A DNA stretch of 64,000 bases, taken from positions 1-64,000 of the forward strand of contig CDRNVI010000201.1 of assembly GCA_977017575.1 (NCBI GenBank). The letters are read 5' to 3'. The notes beneath the pieces were generated by a model that did not search any database, had not been told where the DNA came from, and was given only the letters and a program-made list of their open reading frames with translations. The stretch is from Paramoeba atlantica (lineage: Eukaryota; Protista; Discosea). Both the position numbers and the translations under genes were made by a program. Shown here in pieces: positions 12,756-23,535 of the stretch. The stretch's first letter is position 1, and each line of letters starts with the position of its first letter.

Positions 12756-12806
<51 letters not shown>

Positions 12807-15800
12807 GTTATTTATTATTATTGTTATCATGATGGTGATATTAAATTGGCTGATTTTGTATTTATTTTATTTATTTATTGAATTATTATTTATTTATAAT
12901 TAATAATAATAATTAATAATAATAATAATGAATGAATGATTAATTTGTGTGTTATTTTAGTGCACGCGGATGATATTGCTGGGAGTCCACATTGGATGGC
13001 TCCTGAAGTTGTTCTTGAAAAAGTTTTTCATTTTCTTTTTTTTTTTTTCCTTTTTTTCTTTTTTCTTTTTTTTCTTTTTCTTTTTTTTCCTTTTTTTTTT
13101 CTTTATTTTTTCTCTCTCTTATTTCTTTCTTTCTTTCTCAAGGATTACGATGCACGATGTGATATTTGGTCAATGGGAGTCACAGCCATTGAAATGGCTG
13201 AGGTTTTTTTTTCTCTCTCTAATGAAAGAAATCAAATTCAATTCAAAAATGAAATAAAATTGAATAAAGAACAAAATAGTAAATAAAATAAATTATAAAA
13301 TAAATTATAAAATAAAGTAATGAAATAGGGATTACCACCAAAAGCACATATGAATCCTGTTCTGGCAATGAAATCTGTTCCAAAAGGTTTTTTCTTTTTT
13401 TTTTTCTTTTTTTCTTTTTCTTTTTCTTTTTTGTTTGTTTTTGTTTGTTTTTTTTTCTTGTCTCTTTGTCTGTTGTTTATGTATAAAATTCTCTTTTTCT
13501 TATCGTCAATCTAACAAAAAAATAGATCCACCACCAAAGTTAAAAGAAGAAGAAAAACACGTTCCAGAATTTCCTGCTTTTTTGCTAAAGTAATTTCTTG
13601 ACTTTTCTTCTCTCCTCTTCTCTCCTCTTCTCTTCCTCTCTCTTTATTGATGTGGCTTTGAAAGACTCACCTTTCTAATTCTTTTTCCTTCCTCCCTCTC
13701 CTTTCTTCCTTCTCTCTCCTCTCTCCTCTTTTCTCTTTTCTCTTTTCTCCTCTCTCCTCTCTCCTCTTTCTCTCCTCTCTCCCCTCTCTCCCCTCTCTCT
13801 CCCTCTCTCTCTCCCCTCTCTCTCTCCCCTCTCTCTCCCCTCTCTCTCCCCCCCCCCTCTCTCTCTCTCTCTCTCTCCCCTCTTCTCTTACCAAGATGTC
13901 TGGTAAAAGAACCAACAGATAGACCATCATCAATCGATATGTTAATGGACCCATTTATTAATGACGCTGGTACTCACGAGGTTTTGAGATCTACTGTTAC
14001 TGAGATGTTGAAGATTCGTAAAGCAAAACAACAAGTTTCTCTTCTCTCTTCTCTCTTCTCTCTTCTCTTCTTTTCTCTTCTTTTCTCTTCTTTTCTCTTC
14101 TTTTCTCTTCTTTTCTCTTCTTTTCTCTTCTTTTCTCTTCTTTTCTCTTCTTTTCTCTCTTCTCTCTCTTCTCTCTCTTCTCTCTCTTCTCTCTCTTCTC
14201 TCTTCTCTTCTCTCTTTTCAATCATGAGTTGAATCAATGGACCCATTTATTAATGGGGCTGGGACTCATGAGGTTTTGAGTTTCCTGTGGCTGGAATGTA
14301 AAAGATCTTTCTTTTCTCTCTTTCTTTTCTCTCTTTCTTCTCTTTTCTCTCTTCGTCTTTCTTCTTTCCTCTTTCTCTTCTTGTTTCTGAAATGTTAAAG
14401 ATTTGCAAGACAAAGCGTTTCTTTTTCTTTTTCTTTCTTTTCTTCTCTTTTTTCTTCTCTCCTCTCATACTAACTTCTCTTTTCTCAAAAGGAAAAAGAA
14501 CGACAACAAATAGAAAAAGAGAAACAAGAAAAAGAGAAAAAAGAGAAAGAGAAAGAGAGAGAGAAAGAGAAAGAGAAAGATAAGGGGAGGCAGAGATCTG
14601 GTGCGAGTGTTCTTCCTCCTCCTCTTTCTTCTCGTTGTAATTTTTTATTTTTTATTTTTTATTTTTTATTTTTTATTTTTTATTTTTTATTTTTTATTTT
14701 TTATTTTTTATTTTTTATTTTTTATTTTTTATTTTTTATTTTTTATTTTTTATTTTTTATTTTTTATTTTTTATTTTTTATTTTTTATTTTTTATTTTTG
14801 TTTAATTTTGTTTTATTTTTTTGTTTTGTTTTTTTGTTTTTTTTGTTTCTTTTTTGTTTTTTTTGTTTCTTTTTCTTTTTCTTTTTTCTTTTTCTCTTCT
14901 TTTTTCCTTTTCTCTTTCTTTTTTTGTGTTTTATTTTGAGTTTCCCCTTTATTTCTCTTTTCTCTCTCTCTCTCTTCTCTCTCTGACTCATCTTCTTAGC
15001 TGGGGGGATTGGAATTCTGGATTATATTCAAGGTTCCTTTTCTTTTCTTTTCTCTTTTTTTCTTTTTTCTTTTCTTTTTCTCTTTTACTCTTTTCTTCTT
15101 CTTTCTCTTTTCTTTTCTTTTTCTCTTTTCTTCTTTCTCTTTTTTCTTTTTCATCTTCTCATTTTTTTTTTGAAGGTCCGAATCCACCTGCCACTCCTGG
15201 TTTTCTTTTTGTTTTTCTCTTTTCTTTCTTTTTTTCTTTCTTTTTTCTTTCTTTTTTTCTTTTTTGTTTTTTCTTTCTCTTTTTTCTTTCTTTCTTTCTT
15301 TTTTTCTTTTTTTTTTTTTTTTGTTTCTTTCCTCAAATATTTTGATTAATTTCTTTTTAGAACAAAATTTTGGGACTTTTGTTCAAAATGATGGTTTTTT
15401 TTTTCAATCAAAGAAAAGAGAGAGAAAAGAGAGAGAAAAGAGAAGGGAAAAGAGAAAGGTTTTCAAAGAAGAGAAAGAAAAGATAAAAGAGAGAAGATGA
15501 AAAAAAAAACCATTCTTCATTATTTTTTTAAATTATTTATTTTAAAATGAATTTCTTATTTCTTGTGATTTAGAACCAAATTTAGGAACATTTATTGCCA
15601 CAGGTAAAGAATTCTCTCTTTCTCTTTCTCTTTCTTTCTTCTCTTTTTTGTTTTTTCTATTATGACAATTCTAATTCTTCTTGCTCTCTTTTCTCTCCTT
15701 TCTCTCCTTTCTCTCTCCTTTCCCTTTTTCCCTCCTTTCTCTCTCCTTTCTCTCTCCTTTTTCTCCTCTCAGATGAAGGAAACTTCGGAACATTTGTATC

Positions 15801-17026
15801 AAAAGATGAAGACACATCTAGCGCCCCAGATTCTTCAGCATTTGGAACATTTGTTGCAAAAGATGATGAACCCTCTTCTAATTTTGGTACTTTTGTTGTC
15901 TCTGATTCTCCTGGTAGTTCTGGTAGTTCTGAGGAGGTTTTTTTTTCTTTTTCTTTTTTCTTTTTTCTTTTTCTTTTTTCTTTTTTTTCTTTTCTTTTTT
16001 TTTCTTTAATTTCCTTCTTTTTTTTCTTTTTAATTTCCTTCTTTTTTTTTTGTAATTACTTTGGATTTTGTTGTTCTGTTTTTATTGAACTTCTCTCCTT
16101 CTTTCTTTCTCCCCTAGAATTTTGGCACCTTCATCGCAAGAAGTGAAGAATCCGTTTCCCAAAATCTCGGAACCTTTGTTACAAAAGGAGAGGAAGATTC
16201 CTCCCCAAACCTGGGAACATTCGTCACAAAAAGTAACGACCCACCACCATTTGGGACTTTCGTTTCCAAATCTGATGTTTCGGCTTCAGCTCCAAATCTT
16301 TCCGCTCTCTCAAAAGGAGGAGGAGGAGGGAATGAATTTGATTCGCCCCAATTTGGGACCTTTGTGACGAAAGGGCCCCCTCCATCGCCAAAAGTACCCT
16401 TTTTTTCGGGAGGTGCACCGTCACCATCACCTCGGACACCTCGGACACCGAAAGATTTTCCTCCCCCGCCAAGAAGTTATTCATCTCCCAGGGTTGAGGA
16501 GGGGAAGTTGAGTGATAGTGGTGGTGATTTTAGTGATGGTTCTGAGAATTTGGGGACTTTTATTATTTTTAGTGAGGATCCTGCTTCTTTTGCCACTCTT
16601 CAAAAGACAGTTTTGTGTTTTTTTTATTTATTATTTTTTTTTTTTTTAAAAAAATTCTCCTCAGATATTTCTTTTCTTTTTTAACAATATTTAAATATCT
16701 TCTCTCCCTCTTCTCTCTCTCTCTCTCTAGCCCAAAACAAACAGAAGAGCACCTCTTCCTCCCCCACTCTTACCAGATTTACCACCACCACCACCAACAC
16801 CAACACCACCAGCAGCACCGCCACTCCCACTCCCTCGAAATATAGTACCAGAAGTTTTGCCTGAGAATGCTGATGGTTTTGATCTTTCTGATGCTTTTAA
16901 TTTGATCCGCCAGTTGAGAGCTGAGATTGAATTGGTTTTTTTTTCTTTTTTTTTTTTTCTTTTCTTTTTCTTTTTTTTTTCTTTTTTTTTTCTTTTTTTT
17001 TCTTTTTCTTTTTTTTTTTCTTTTTC

Positions 17027-17058
<32 letters not shown>

Positions 17059-17139
17059 TTTCTTTTTCTTTTTCTTTTTTTAAACCTTCTCTTTTTCAAC
17101 TAGTTGAGACAAACCTCAAGAACCTCGCAACAATGGTAA
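6789..17139 (+). CDS. Probable single multi-exon gene: Kelch propeller + CRIB + STE20-family kinase + (F/L)GTF-repeat and Pro-rich tail
   Basis: Kelch blades (PRYGVVS..VGG, PRYGHTC, YIFGG..W, ARFGHTA); CRIB IGLPYNIVHRAHV; kinase GKGAYATV, LAIK, HR|DIKAAN, DFG, GSPHWMAPE. Exon phases are compatible from about 9870 through the kinase; the junction near 9460-9870 is the least certain link. Confidence 0.7.
11083..11166 (+). CDS. CRIB/PBD exon (Rac/Cdc42-binding motif)
   Basis: KKEKSAGSIGLPYNIVHRAHVDVDFNWT fits the CRIB consensus ISxPxxFxHxxHV; phase-0 joins on both sides lead into the kinase. Confidence 0.75.
11372..14033 (+). CDS. STE20-family (MST/PAK-like) Ser/Thr kinase domain
   Basis: Subdomains I-XI traceable across about ten exons: HPNIVCYYG, LWILMDYCG, CDIWSMGVTAIEMAEGLPP, CLVKEPTDRPS. 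Confidence 0.93.
12700..12830. repeat. (TAT/TTA)n microsatellite in a kinase intron
   Basis: Direct reading. Confidence 0.9.
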
Positions 17140-17546
17140 AAGTGAGCTGTTGTTTTACTCTTGAAAAAAATGAAATGGTCAAGTTGAATGAAGTACGAGG
17201 CTTTTGTGATATTAAAATTTGAGCTTTGTTCTAAATAGTGGCGATTGCTGAGACCAATTTTATTTGGTTTGTTTGTTTGTTTGTTGTTTGTAAATCTACT
17301 TTTAAAGTTTTAAAGATTAATGGAATAAAACTCCAACTTTTACCAAAAAGAAAAACCTCTTTCATTCATGGTATTATTGTCACCAACAACAAGGAGGGGC
17401 TGCTTCCATGGATCAATTTTAGACAACTTTAGAAAAGGTGTCCCGTAATTTTTAAAAGACACCATTTTTTTTTGTTGTTTTGCTTTTTGTTTTTGTTTGT
17501 TTTGTTTGTTTTGCTTTGCCAAACTTTTGTTTGTGTTTGTTTTGGG

Positions 17547-18557
17547 ATGGATGAACGTTTTGTTGTTGTTTTTTCTGAATGGCCAACAGGATCTCGTTGG
17601 AAACTCCAATTCCCTCAAGATATTTTGTTTTCTGAGTTTGTTTCTCGAGTGTCTCTTCACCTTTCAACAAAGAAAAGGAAGAGCCAAGAAGAGAAAGGAG
17701 AAGAGAAAGGAGAAGAGAAGTATCTTTTTTTCTACAATGATGCTGTGACCGGAAGGAAATGTGACCTTTCTTCGAAAGTGGAGCTTCTATCTCTTATTTC
17801 AAAATCTGAAAAATTCACTTTTTATGACGAGGGGAAAATTGGAGAAGAGGGGATGGAAGAAGACATAGAGAAAGACAACGAGAAGGATGATGAAGAGGGG
17901 GTTTTCTATCGATCCATTCGAATTTTTGGACAAACAGAACACGAATTCAGAAAAAGAAAGAAACAAGAAGAACTATCCTCGCCAAATGAAGAGTGGAATC
18001 AATTGAGGCACAATTTAATGCGCTGTGATGAAAGAAAGATTTCCCTTCTCTGCCAATCTTATTCTTCTTTGATTCTCCAGAGTGGCTTTTCTCCCTTTTG
18101 GTACCACCAAAGTGAAGAGAAAAAAAGAGAAGAGAGGCAAAAAAGAGAGGGAGGAAAAGAAGAAATAGAAACAAAACCAGCCAAACAACAGACACCAAAT
18201 GCCCAAGATGAACATGGCCACACACTCCTCCACATTCTCTGCAGTTGCGATCTCCACGCAGCAATCCCCCACCTCCTTCCTCTTGTCTCTCCTCTCATCA
18301 CAGACCATAATGGCCTCTCTCCCCTCCACCTTTCTCTCACACTTGGAAACACTGACTCTGCTTTTTCTCTTCTTTCCACTTTAAAAAAGGAATCTCCTTC
18401 TCTTTTTCAATTCGTAGCAAGACAAGAAGTTGGAATCACTTCAACCACCAGACTCACGAAGATCTCAACAGCTGGACAAACTCCCCTCCAGCTGGCAAAG
18501 GAGAACATTTCTCCTTTCCCAGAAGAGATCGTTCAACTGTTGTCAGCAGAGATTTAA
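17547..18557 (+). CDS. PB1-like N-terminal domain plus ankyrin repeats, single exon
   Basis: Ankyrin motifs DEHGHTLLHIL, DHNGLSPLHLS, AGQTPLQLA; N-terminal FSEFVSRV..LFFYND..CDLSSKVEL resembles the PB1/ubiquitin fold (weaker evidence). Confidence 0.65.
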   Translation: MDERFVVVFSEWPTGSRWKLQFPQDILFSEFVSRVSLHLSTKKRKSQEEKGEEKGEEKYLFFYNDAVTGRKCDLSSKVELLSLISKSEKFTFYDEGKIGEEGMEEDIEKDNEKDDEEGVFYRSIRIFGQTEHEFRKRKKQEELSSPNEEWNQLRHNLMRCDERKISLLCQSYSSLILQSGFSPFWYHQSEEKKREERQKREGGKEEIETKPAKQQTPNAQDEHGHTLLHILCSCDLHAAIPHLLPLVSPLITDHNGLSPLHLSLTLGNTDSAFSLLSTLKKESPSLFQFVARQEVGITSTTRLTKISTAGQTPLQLAKENISPFPEEIVQLLSAEI

Positions 18558-18667
18558 AACCATTAAACCAACACAAAAGAGGGAGAATAAATAATAATAA
18601 AAATCGTCTTCAATGTTTATTCAAGGATATTAGAGAATTCTCTTTTTATTGAGATTCCTCTCCAAAT

Positions 18668-20677
18668 CTACAAATTAACACGAAGAATATAGAGACCTCG
18701 CTCAATACTGGACACTGCAACAATTTGTCCACCATTATTCTGGGGGTGATTAGGGTAATAAGGAAAATTACTCCAAGTTCCTTGAAAAGTGGGTCCATCA
18801 CAATAAGGAGCCACATCGAAATAAGCAATCTCTCGAATATTGAGAGGATCCTCAACATCCAACACTCTCAAACCACCACAATAGTTTGATTGATACCCGA
18901 TGTTATTCTGAATGTACAAATTATGATCAATTACAGTCTGGGTGGAAAAGAAGGAAGTCGCCCAAAAGGGGTTCTGAAGGTCTTCCACATTCCAAATCAT
19001 TGTACGTGTTCGTGCACCAAATTCGACATCGGAGGTTTCGGATTCATAAGTGGTCCCCTGTTTCACATTATTTTAGAAAACGAGATAAAAAAAGGAAATA
19101 TGAATATTAAATTAATGAAAAAGAGATTCCAAATAATAGATGAATGAACAAACCTGCATTTCATCAAGTTCATCATCCAAGAGCAAATATCGACCATCTT
19201 CAGTCAACCATCCTTGATGAGTGTATTGACTTCCCTTGTATTCGGTTCGAGAAACAAGAACGATGTCTGTATCAACAAAAAAGAGAGAAAAGAAAAAGAA
19301 AAAGAAAAAGAGAAAAAATTGTAAGTAAGTGAATCAAGGAGGAGAGGGGGGAAAAAAGATCTTTCAAAGATTTTTTTTCTTTTCTCTTCTCTTCTCTCAA
19401 TAAAAAATAAAGAAAAACAAAAAAAAAACCATCTTTGTCAGTCACATCAACAATTGTCAAAGTATCTTCGTTGTAGTTGAAACAGATCTCGTGACCATGA
19501 TAACGAGAATCAGGAAAAGAAGACGAATAAACAACACATTGACAATCATGGGTATATCCATCATCAGCATAACATCCAGCGTAAATAGGTTCTTCTTCAG
19601 TAACATCAACAATGTAAAGACCACCACTAAAAAAATAAATTGCCCATGAATAAAAGAAGAGAGAGAGAGAGAAAAAAAAAAAAGAGTAAAAAAAGAATAA
19701 AAGGAAGAACAACGAACTTGCACATGTTACTTCCAATCACATAAGCGTAACCAGTCTCTTCATTCAGAGCAATATTGTGAGATTTTCCAAAACCATCAAA
19801 GTCATAATCAGCAGTCAAAATAGTAACTTCATCTTTCAATTTAAAGTCTTGTTGTCGAGCCTCTTCCACAAGTGTGGCCATATTGACGACTTGCATTCCA
19901 TGTCCATAATTCTCAGAAACTGGAATGGACCAAGGTTATTTTCATAGAAAAAAAAAAGAGACACAACACGACACGACACAACACAACACAACACAACACA
20001 AGCGCAAGAGAGTGCACTCTCACAAAAAGAGAGGAAAAGAGGAAATTCATACTAATGTATGCTCGGTTATTGTAGACTTTAATGTCCCTCCAAGTTCGAG
20101 TCTTCGCACATCTTCCAACTCGGACTTCTCCGCAATCAAAAGTGGGAAGATAACCCAAGACAATCGGGTTCAGGGCATCAGTGATATCCACAAAAGTTGT
20201 TCCATCTGTTTGTTTTGCACCGTGTGAGTCACATTTTCACAAAAAGAGAAAAAAGAAAAAAGAGATTAGATGGTCATCCAAACCTCCATGTCCAACAATT
20301 GCAAGCTCTCGACCATTCACAGTCGCACCCCAAATATCGCTGGTGTCGACACTGGTTCCCATGGCAGCCCCGGAAATATAAGACATCAAGTCAACGGAAC
20401 TGCAGCGATAAGTTCCATCATGGATACCGCTTGAATGAACAGTCACCTCACCATTCACGCATGCTTCGACGCTTCCTGTGACTGCTTTCAAGTTCATGGG
20501 AGAGAGACCAGCCCCTCGCATGTAATCCCATTGGACTTCTTTCAAGGGCATGCCTCGGTTCATCCCGAGGGAGTGTAAGTTCTCCAGTTGGCAGACACCA
20601 TCGCAGACTTTGCTTGTGTTGCGGAATCGACAAGAGACTGCCAAGATGAGAGTGGCAAGAACAAAAAAGGAACGCAT
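18668..20677 (-). CDS. Secreted choice-of-anchor B family (LVIVD-repeat) protein, paralog 1
   Basis: Signal peptide; SDIWG, WRDIKVY, SHNIALNEETGYAY, GYTHDCQC, YTHQGWLTED, IDHNLYI, YQSNYCGGLRVLD, GTWSNFPY, SSIERGLY motifs of TIGR04312-type proteins. Confidence 0.88.
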
Positions 20678-21172
20678 AACTCTGCTTATTCCGAATCGGC
20701 AAGACGGAAAAAGAGCAAACAACGAGGAACCAATCCCTTTCATTTTTGGGACTTCAGTTTTTTTGATTTCGTACAATTAATTTTTTAATTGATTTTGAAG
20801 CCAAAAAAAAGGGAAAATAAAATAAAAAGACCAACGAAAATCCTTAGCAGGGAACTTTTTCAAGTTTTATTTCGGTGTTTTGAGGTGATGTCATTTGTTC
20901 AAAAAAACCCGACAGAGTCGTAAAAAACAAAAAAGAGGTTCAAAAAGACTAGAATTTTTTTTTGAACGGTTCAAAAAAAGAAAGAAGAAAATTCAAAATG
21001 GGACTTGGATTTTAGACGCAAAATTCCAAAAAAAGAAGTGCGTTTTGTCCTCTCATTTTTTTGTCACAAAACGTTTTTTTTTTTTTTTTCTGTTTGTTTG
21101 ACTTTTTCTGTTTGGTTGTCTCGTTCTCTCTCTCTCTCTTTTTCGTTCTTTCTCTGTTTTTTTGATCAGAGT

Positions 21173-23310
21173 ATGAATGAACAAGGAAAGAGAAAGAGAG
21201 AAGAAGTGGAAAAGGGGAATGAGAGGAAAAGAGAAGGAGTCGAAGTGATGAAGAAGGAGAAGGAGAAGGAGGAAGAAGGAGAAGAAGAAGTGGTGAGGAA
21301 AAGAAAAGAAGAAGAGATGAAAAAGAAGAGATTTGAATGCGGAATATGTTTAGAGTTGATGAGTTGGGAGAAAGAACCAAGAATGTTATATTGTTGTGGG
21401 CTTTCGTTTTGTTCTCTTTGCCTCAACAAGCTCTTTCTTCTTCAAAATCCATCCGCAACTTCTTCTTCCTCTTTCTCTTCTTCTTCTTCTTCCGAGAAGA
21501 AGAAAGGAGTGAAATGCCCAGTTTGTGGACAAGTGAATGAATGTGAAACAATCGAAACACTTGAAATGAATTCTTTAATTCCAGAAACGATTGATATTCT
21601 TTCTTCTTCCAATCTATTTCCGTTGTTTTCGCATTCTCTACCCAATCATTCAGGTTTTTTTTTTTTCACCCTTTTAATTTTTTGCTTTCTCCCTTTCTCT
21701 CTCTTTTTCATGAAATCAAAACTTATTTTTAAGAATTTCAAGGGAAGAGAGTAAAAGAAAAAGAATGTGCGAATTTTGAAATGTGTGGAGAACGAACGCA
21801 AATGTTTTGTCCCAATTGTAAGATGTTCGTTTGTGATACTTGTGATCCGTCTCACACTTCAACTGTTTTTACTCGAAATCACAAACGATCTGAACAACGA
21901 AATATTCGAAATGGCGATGAACAATGTGAAGATTGGGGGAATGGAGGATTGGTGGCGGTGGGATTGGAGGAACTGAAGAAGAAAGAATGTTCTCAACACC
22001 CCTTTGAAACAATTAGTGGATATTGTTTTCAATGCTCTCTTTTTGTTTGTCTTTGTTGTGCTCTTGATACCCACACTGAACACAAAGAGAAAGTGAAATC
22101 AATTAAAGGGAGCATTTTGCAGAAAAGAAGTGAAGTCGTGGAGATTGGAGGTGGATTAGAGAAAAGATTAATTGTGGTTGAAGAGAAAAGAAAAAAAATT
22201 GAAAAAGAAATGAAAGAATTGGAAGAGAAATTAGAAAAGAAGAAAATTGAAAAAAAAGAAATCGAATTGGAAAAAGAAGATTTGAGAATAAGACAAGATT
22301 CAATTATTCGACTTTCCAACACGCCAACTGATATTTCTCTTTTTGATGATCAACTTTTTTCAACTCTTCTTCAAACTGCAAATGATATTGTTTCTGAAGA
22401 AGGACTCGAATCCGGATTTCTCTCGCTCTCAAATTCAAGAACGAAAGGAGTAATTGGTTGTGATGATCCTGATGATCCGTTTCGTTGTATTTCTTCATTT
22501 CCTTTAAAGAAATTACCTTCTGCTGTGAGTGTGAATAGTAAGGGGAATATTTTTGTTTGTGTTTTTGGCGGATTGAGTGTGCGAGATAAAGATGGAAATG
22601 TACTTGAATCAATTCAGAAAACAATTGATTCATTTCATTTCGCTCCTGTTGATGTTACAATTGGATTGAATGATCAAATCGTTGTTCTTGATTGGTCTCG
22701 ATCTGAAAGAAGAGTTGTGATATTAAGCAAAGAAGGAGAATTAATGAAATCGTTTGGATCAAATGGTTCTCAAGATGGTCAGTTTAACGCCCCGTTGGGA
22801 GTGGATGTGGATGGGGAAGGTCGGATTATTGTTGCTGACTCTGATAATCATCGAATTCAAGTGTTTGATAATGATGGATCTTTTATTCGTTCTTTTGGTT
22901 CGAAAGGTTCTCCCAAAGGTCAATTTAACGAACCTCGTGGTGTTGCGGTTGATGGAGATGGCAATATTGTTGTTTGTGATTATGCCAATCATCGAATTGA
23001 AATGATGGATATTGAAGGGAATTTTATTCGATGTTTTGGGACACAAGGTTCACTTCATTCTCAATTCGAGTATCCAACAAGTGTTGATGTGGATGGGAAA
23101 GGGAGAATTGTTGTTTGCGATTCGGGAAATAGGAGAGTGAGTGTGTTTGAGAAAGATGGAACTTTTCTTTTTTCGTTTGGTAAAGATCGAATGAAGAATC
23201 CTTGTGGGGTTGTTGTTGATTCATTTGGATCCGTTCTTGTTTCTGATGGAGAGAAAAATTCAATTGTGTTGTGGAGCAATTTATTCTCATACTCGCTCTT
23301 CCTTTTTTAA
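21173..23310 (+). CDS. TRIM-NHL-like protein: RING, B-box1, B-box2, coiled coil, NHL repeats; one intron at about 21654-21732
   Basis: RING CGIC..CCGLSFCSLC..CPVC; B-boxes C..C..CPNC..CDTC..H..H and CSQH..CFQC..CLCC..H..H; K/E-rich coiled coil; NHL repeats GQFNAPLGVDVDGEGRIIVADSDNHRIQVF. Confidence 0.9.
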
Positions 23311-23535
23311 TAAAACCTCTTTCTCTTTCTTCTCTTGGATTTCAATTGGATTGAGCAGATCAATACGGTAAGGGTTGGTTTCTGAAATCTTGGATAAAGA
23401 ACAAAAGTTCATTTTCAAAAGTTCCTTTTTCCGTCCCAAGACTCTCAGGAACTTTCGAGTTCTTTCATTTTTGGATTTCTTGTTTGTTTTTTTGGTTTTC
23501 TGTCTTGACAAAGAAGGTGGGGAGGGGGGAGAAAA

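Noticed and set aside
8376-15345. Many long poly-Phe, poly-Lys or poly-Glu/Arg ORFs in the track (e.g. 10760..11866, 14821..15345, 39524..40162)
   Set aside because: They are stop-free T/C- or A/G-rich intron tracts, sometimes reading through real exons; not independent proteins.
16857-17139. SARAH domain at the kinase C-terminus
   Set aside because: Only a short amphipathic helix (LIRQLRAEIEL) is visible; too short and dissimilar to call SARAH.
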